DNA of 37,500 bases from a virus. Lineage: Duplodnaviria > Caudoviricetes. Below are positions 34,629 through 37,500 of this stretch, piece by piece (position 1 is the stretch's first letter; each line of letters starts with the position of its first letter). The position numbers and the translations under genes are program-made. The notes under the pieces were generated by a model. The model did not search any database, had not been told where the DNA came from, and saw only the letters and a list, made by a program, of their open reading frames with translations. The stretch is taken from positions 1-37,500 of IMG/VR virus record IMGVR_UViG_3300037423_001042, one strand, 5' to 3'.

Positions 34629-35033
34629 ATGGCACGAAGCAACAACGCCTTGAAGGTCGTCAAGACCGAAACGATCGGCTCCATGACCGACCAGCTCTTC
34701 GAGCTGCGGGAACGCAAGGCCGAGCTGAACAAGCAGATCAGCGCCATCGAGGCCGAGTACGAGGAGATCGAGCAGCGCTTGATCGACAAGCTCAAGGCCG
34801 AGGGCACGGACCGCGGCGGCGGCAAGCGAGCGAATTGCTCGATCACCACCAGCGTGGTGGCCAACGTCGAGGACTGGGATGCGCTGTACCCGTTCATCGC
34901 CAAGAACAAGTTCTGGCACCTGCTTCAGCGGCGGGTGTCCGATCCCGGTATGCGTGAGCTGTGGGAGGCCGGCAAGAAGGTGCCCGGCGTCGCGCAGTTC
35001 ACGAAGACCAAGCTCAACTTCCGTGTGATCTGA
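34629..35033 (+). CDS. Conserved phage replication-module protein (134 aa)
   Basis: N-terminal coiled coil, VEDWDALYPFI...LLQRRVS...VPGV; typically found upstream of SSB-like genes. Confidence 0.75.
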   Translation: MARSNNALKVVKTETIGSMTDQLFELRERKAELNKQISAIEAEYEEIEQRLIDKLKAEGTDRGGGKRANCSITTSVVANVEDWDALYPFIAKNKFWHLLQRRVSDPGMRELWEAGKKVPGVAQFTKTKLNFRVI

Positions 35034-35042
35034 AAGGACACC

Positions 35043-35813
35043 ATGCCCGCTGCCAAGAAAACCGCCCCCAGCACCTCGACTGCCGTCGCCAAGCGCGCCA
35101 CCAACGTGGTGTCGATCCGCGACCAGCTGCGCCAGCAAGCCGAGGACCAGAACTCCAAGATCGCCCCGCCCTCGGGCATCTCGATCCAGGCCCTGAACAC
35201 CAAGGAGTTCAAGTTCCCCGACGGCACCAAGGCGCCTGAGTTCGAGGCCGTGATCGTCGACTTCACGTCGATGAACGCCTTCTACCCCGGCCCCTACGAT
35301 CCGAAGAACATCTCGCCGCCGGCGTGCTTTGCGATCGGCTCGAACCCGCTGCAGCTGGTGCCCAGCAACAACAGCCCGGCGAAGGAGTCCGACGAGTGCA
35401 AGGGCTGCCCGAACAACGAGTTCGGCTCGGCCGGCGACGGCAAGGCGTGCAAGAACATGCGCGTGCTGGCCGTGCTGCCGCCCGATGCGGACGACAACAC
35501 GCCGATGTGGACGATCAAGCTGTCGCCCACCGCCATTAAGGCGTTCGACAGCTACGTGCGCGGCGTGGCCACGACCTTCCAGCTGCCGCCGGTGGGTGTC
35601 GTCACCAAGTTCTCGTTCGACCCCACCAGCGACTACGCCACCGTGCGCGTCAGCGAGCCGCAGCCGCTGAATGACGAGCAGCTGGCCGTGTTCGCCGCGC
35701 GTCAGGACGAGGCGGCCAAGCTGCTGGCCACGGAGCCCGACGTCAGCCAGTTCCAAAACCCGACACGCGCACCTGCCAAGAAAGTCGCAAACGCGCGCGG
35801 CGCGCGGCGCTGA
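35043..35813 (+). CDS. Probable ssDNA-binding/annealing protein (256 aa)
   Basis: FYPGPYDP...PACFA...CKGCPNNEFGSA...GKACKN; location in replication module. Confidence 0.6.
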   Translation: MPAAKKTAPSTSTAVAKRATNVVSIRDQLRQQAEDQNSKIAPPSGISIQALNTKEFKFPDGTKAPEFEAVIVDFTSMNAFYPGPYDPKNISPPACFAIGSNPLQLVPSNNSPAKESDECKGCPNNEFGSAGDGKACKNMRVLAVLPPDADDNTPMWTIKLSPTAIKAFDSYVRGVATTFQLPPVGVVTKFSFDPTSDYATVRVSEPQPLNDEQLAVFAARQDEAAKLLATEPDVSQFQNPTRAPAKKVANARGARR

Positions 35814-35825
35814 CACCCGAGGGAG

Positions 35826-35857
35826 GGGGGTTACTTAAGAGTTCGTTAAGAACCCCC
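35826..35857 (+). terminator. Hairpin after the SSB-like gene
   Basis: GGGGGTTACTTAA-GAGTTCG-TTAAGAACCCCC; no clear T tail. Confidence 0.4.
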
Positions 35858-35922
35858 TATCCAACGCAGAGCGTTCGATCTAGGATCGACGTCTTCTACT
35901 TCTTACAGCAATTCGTACAACG

Positions 35923-36165
35923 ATGTCAGTTCGCAAGTTCAACGTGGCACGCGCGCTGGAGTCCTTCCCCAGCTTGGGCCGCGTGATCAACGAGCTGACA
36001 GAGGAAGAAGTGCTCGTATGTCTCGAATTAGAGGCAGCGACACGTCGTCGACGGTCTATCGTCGATCGACTCATCGCCCGCGCCGTCCGGCTGCGGGAGA
36101 TCTCTTACGGCCGCCAACTCAAGGAGAAATTCCGTGGCACGACCCAAGAAAACCCTGTCCCCTGA
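35923..36165 (+). CDS. Conserved phage hypothetical protein (80 aa)
   Basis: LTEEEVLVCLELE...RRSIVDRL. Confidence 0.7.
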   Translation: MSVRKFNVARALESFPSLGRVINELTEEEVLVCLELEAATRRRRSIVDRLIARAVRLREISYGRQLKEKFRGTTQENPVP

Positions 36166-36448
36166 AGAAATCAAGGCCCAGCGCGAGAACCTGCGCGCGG
36201 TGCTCAAGCAAGTGACCACCCAGCGCAGCGAAGCTGAGAAGGCCAAGGTCGCGGCGAGCAGGGCGCTGGCCGCCGCACAGAAGTCGGCCGAGAAGGCCGT
36301 GAAGGACGCCGCCAAGGCGTTCGAGGCCACCGCCAAGAAGGCCGACAAGGCGATCGAGGCGGCCAACAAGGGCGAGGCCAAGATCATGGCCCAGCTCAAC
36401 GCGCTGGCGCCCGCGCCGAAGGTGCCCAAGGTCGAGGCCACGGCCTGA
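36134..36448 (+). CDS. Ala/Lys-rich coiled-coil protein (104 aa)
   Basis: AAGGAG SD, GTG start; MARPKK N-terminus. Confidence 0.7.
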   Translation: MARPKKTLSPEEIKAQRENLRAVLKQVTTQRSEAEKAKVAASRALAAAQKSAEKAVKDAAKAFEATAKKADKAIEAANKGEAKIMAQLNALAPAPKVPKVEATA

Positions 36449-36472
36449 CCCAGCAGTAGCGGCCACTACACA

Positions 36473-36497
36473 GCCCGGCGGCGATGTACCGCCGGGC
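36473..36497 (+). terminator. GC-rich hairpin
   Basis: GCCCGGCGG-CGATGTA-CCGCCGGGC; no T tail. Confidence 0.35.
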
Positions 36498-36542
36498 CCC
36501 ACTCAAGAAGACGCTAGAACCTAACCCCACTCAGAGGGACCT

Positions 36543-37103
36543 GTGAAATTTCCCGACGTAATGTTGGACCTTGAGACGCTCGGAACGTCCGCCGACTCGG
36601 TGATCTTGAGCATCGGCGCGGTGCGGTTCGATTCCGAGAGTCACGAGATTGATGACAACGGCTTCTATGCCTCCGTCAGCATCGACTCCAACCTGGAGCA
36701 AGGGCGCCGCATCGCCGAAGACACGCTCATCTGGTGGCTGCAGCAGTCGCCCGAAGCGCAGGCGGTGTTCCACGAGCCCAAGGACATGCTGGACGTAGCG
36801 CTGGAGAACTTCATCGACTGGTTCGTAGAAGGAGGAGACCCGAGCAACACCCGGGTTTGGAGCAACGGTGCCGACTTCGACATCCCGATGGTCGCGCACG
36901 CCATCAAACGCGCCGGCCAGGACGTGCCCTGGCAGTTCTGGAACACGCGGTGCTTCCGCACGCTGAAGAACATGCAAGCGGCCAAGAACGTCACCGTGCC
37001 GCGCGCCGGTGTGCACCACAACGCGCTGCACGATGCGCTGTACCAGGCGAAGGTCGTGCAGTACATCTTGAACGGCGCCCCGGCGCAGAAGGCAGTGGCA
37101 TGA
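36543..37103 (+). CDS. DEDDh 3'-5' exonuclease (Rv2179c / DUF5051-like, 186 aa)
   Basis: VMLDLETLG, ILSIGAV, WSNGADFD, RCFRT, HNALHDA. Confidence 0.9.
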   Translation: MKFPDVMLDLETLGTSADSVILSIGAVRFDSESHEIDDNGFYASVSIDSNLEQGRRIAEDTLIWWLQQSPEAQAVFHEPKDMLDVALENFIDWFVEGGDPSNTRVWSNGADFDIPMVAHAIKRAGQDVPWQFWNTRCFRTLKNMQAAKNVTVPRAGVHHNALHDALYQAKVVQYILNGAPAQKAVA

Positions 37104-37405
37104 TGGGCACCGCGCCGGGCTACGAACGATTGGCCGATGTGCTCGTCAGAGCACACGACCAAGCTGCCAAGGGCAAAGGCAAGGAGCGCCACGCCAGTGA
37201 AGGTATGGCATTCGAGGACCAGCCCATGTCGGCGATCAACCGCATGATCGGTTCTCAGGACGGCTTCATTTACCAGGCCATCAAGAAGGCGATCGAATCC
37301 AAGCGCCTGCCCAAGGAGCGCGCCGTGGCGGAGCTGCTCGGCGCGATCAATTACTTGGCGGGTGCGGTGATCCATCTGGAACGCCAGGATGAGCCGCAAG
37401 CCTGA
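37100..37405 (+). CDS. Conserved phage hypothetical protein (101 aa)
   Basis: QAAKGKGKERHA...FEDQPM...QAIKKAIES...ELLGAINYLA. Confidence 0.75.
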   Translation: MMGTAPGYERLADVLVRAHDQAAKGKGKERHASEGMAFEDQPMSAINRMIGSQDGFIYQAIKKAIESKRLPKERAVAELLGAINYLAGAVIHLERQDEPQA

Positions 37406-37500
37406 GAACCAGTTCATCGACTCGGTGCACCGGCATCTGCCGCCGCCGAGTGAGCTGCACCGCGAAGGCATGGCGAACCCGTACCGCTCGGGCACCGCCG
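37389..37500 (+). CDS. Probable VRR-NUC / Holliday junction resolvase-like nuclease (5' part)
   Basis: MSRKPENQFIDSVHRHLP...MANPYRSGTA; runs off the window. Confidence 0.6.
   Translation, partial: MSRKPENQFIDSVHRHLPPPSELHREGMANPYRSGTA

Noticed and set aside
1-37500. Integrase, att site, IS, reverse transcriptase/DGR, DNA-modification cluster
   Set aside because: No supporting motifs in this window; they may lie outside it.

Overview
The window is a 37.5-kb segment of a high-GC (roughly two-thirds) tailed dsDNA phage with two divergent arms. The left arm (minus strand, about 9160 to 1) is a head/packaging module: TerS, TerL, portal, probable scaffold and a DUF4043/N4-gp56-type major capsid protein that runs off the window, with small accessory genes interleaved (a ferritin-like protein and a Gp49/Gp66-family protein that may be an Acb4-like immune-signal sponge). 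The right arm (plus strand, about 9490 to the end) carries many small early genes, an AT-rich probable origin with an IHF site, primase-helicase, AAA ATPase, an MHFG-family PEP-CTERM protein (pointing to a Burkholderiales-type host), SPFH protein, PD-(D/E)XK exonuclease, ParB-like protein, SNF2-type helicase, family A DNA polymerase, SSB-like protein, 3'-5' exonuclease and a partial VRR-NUC-like gene. No integrase, tRNA, CRISPR array or IS was seen. The most interesting signals are non-coding: a genome-wide TTCGATCTA motif at promoter-like positions, a multi-stem RNA with kissing loops and an alternative fold at 22.3 kb, switch-like leaders before the capsid gene and at 19.75 kb, and a reading-frame switch at TTT-TGA upstream of TerL. 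All family assignments come from motif recognition, not database searches.
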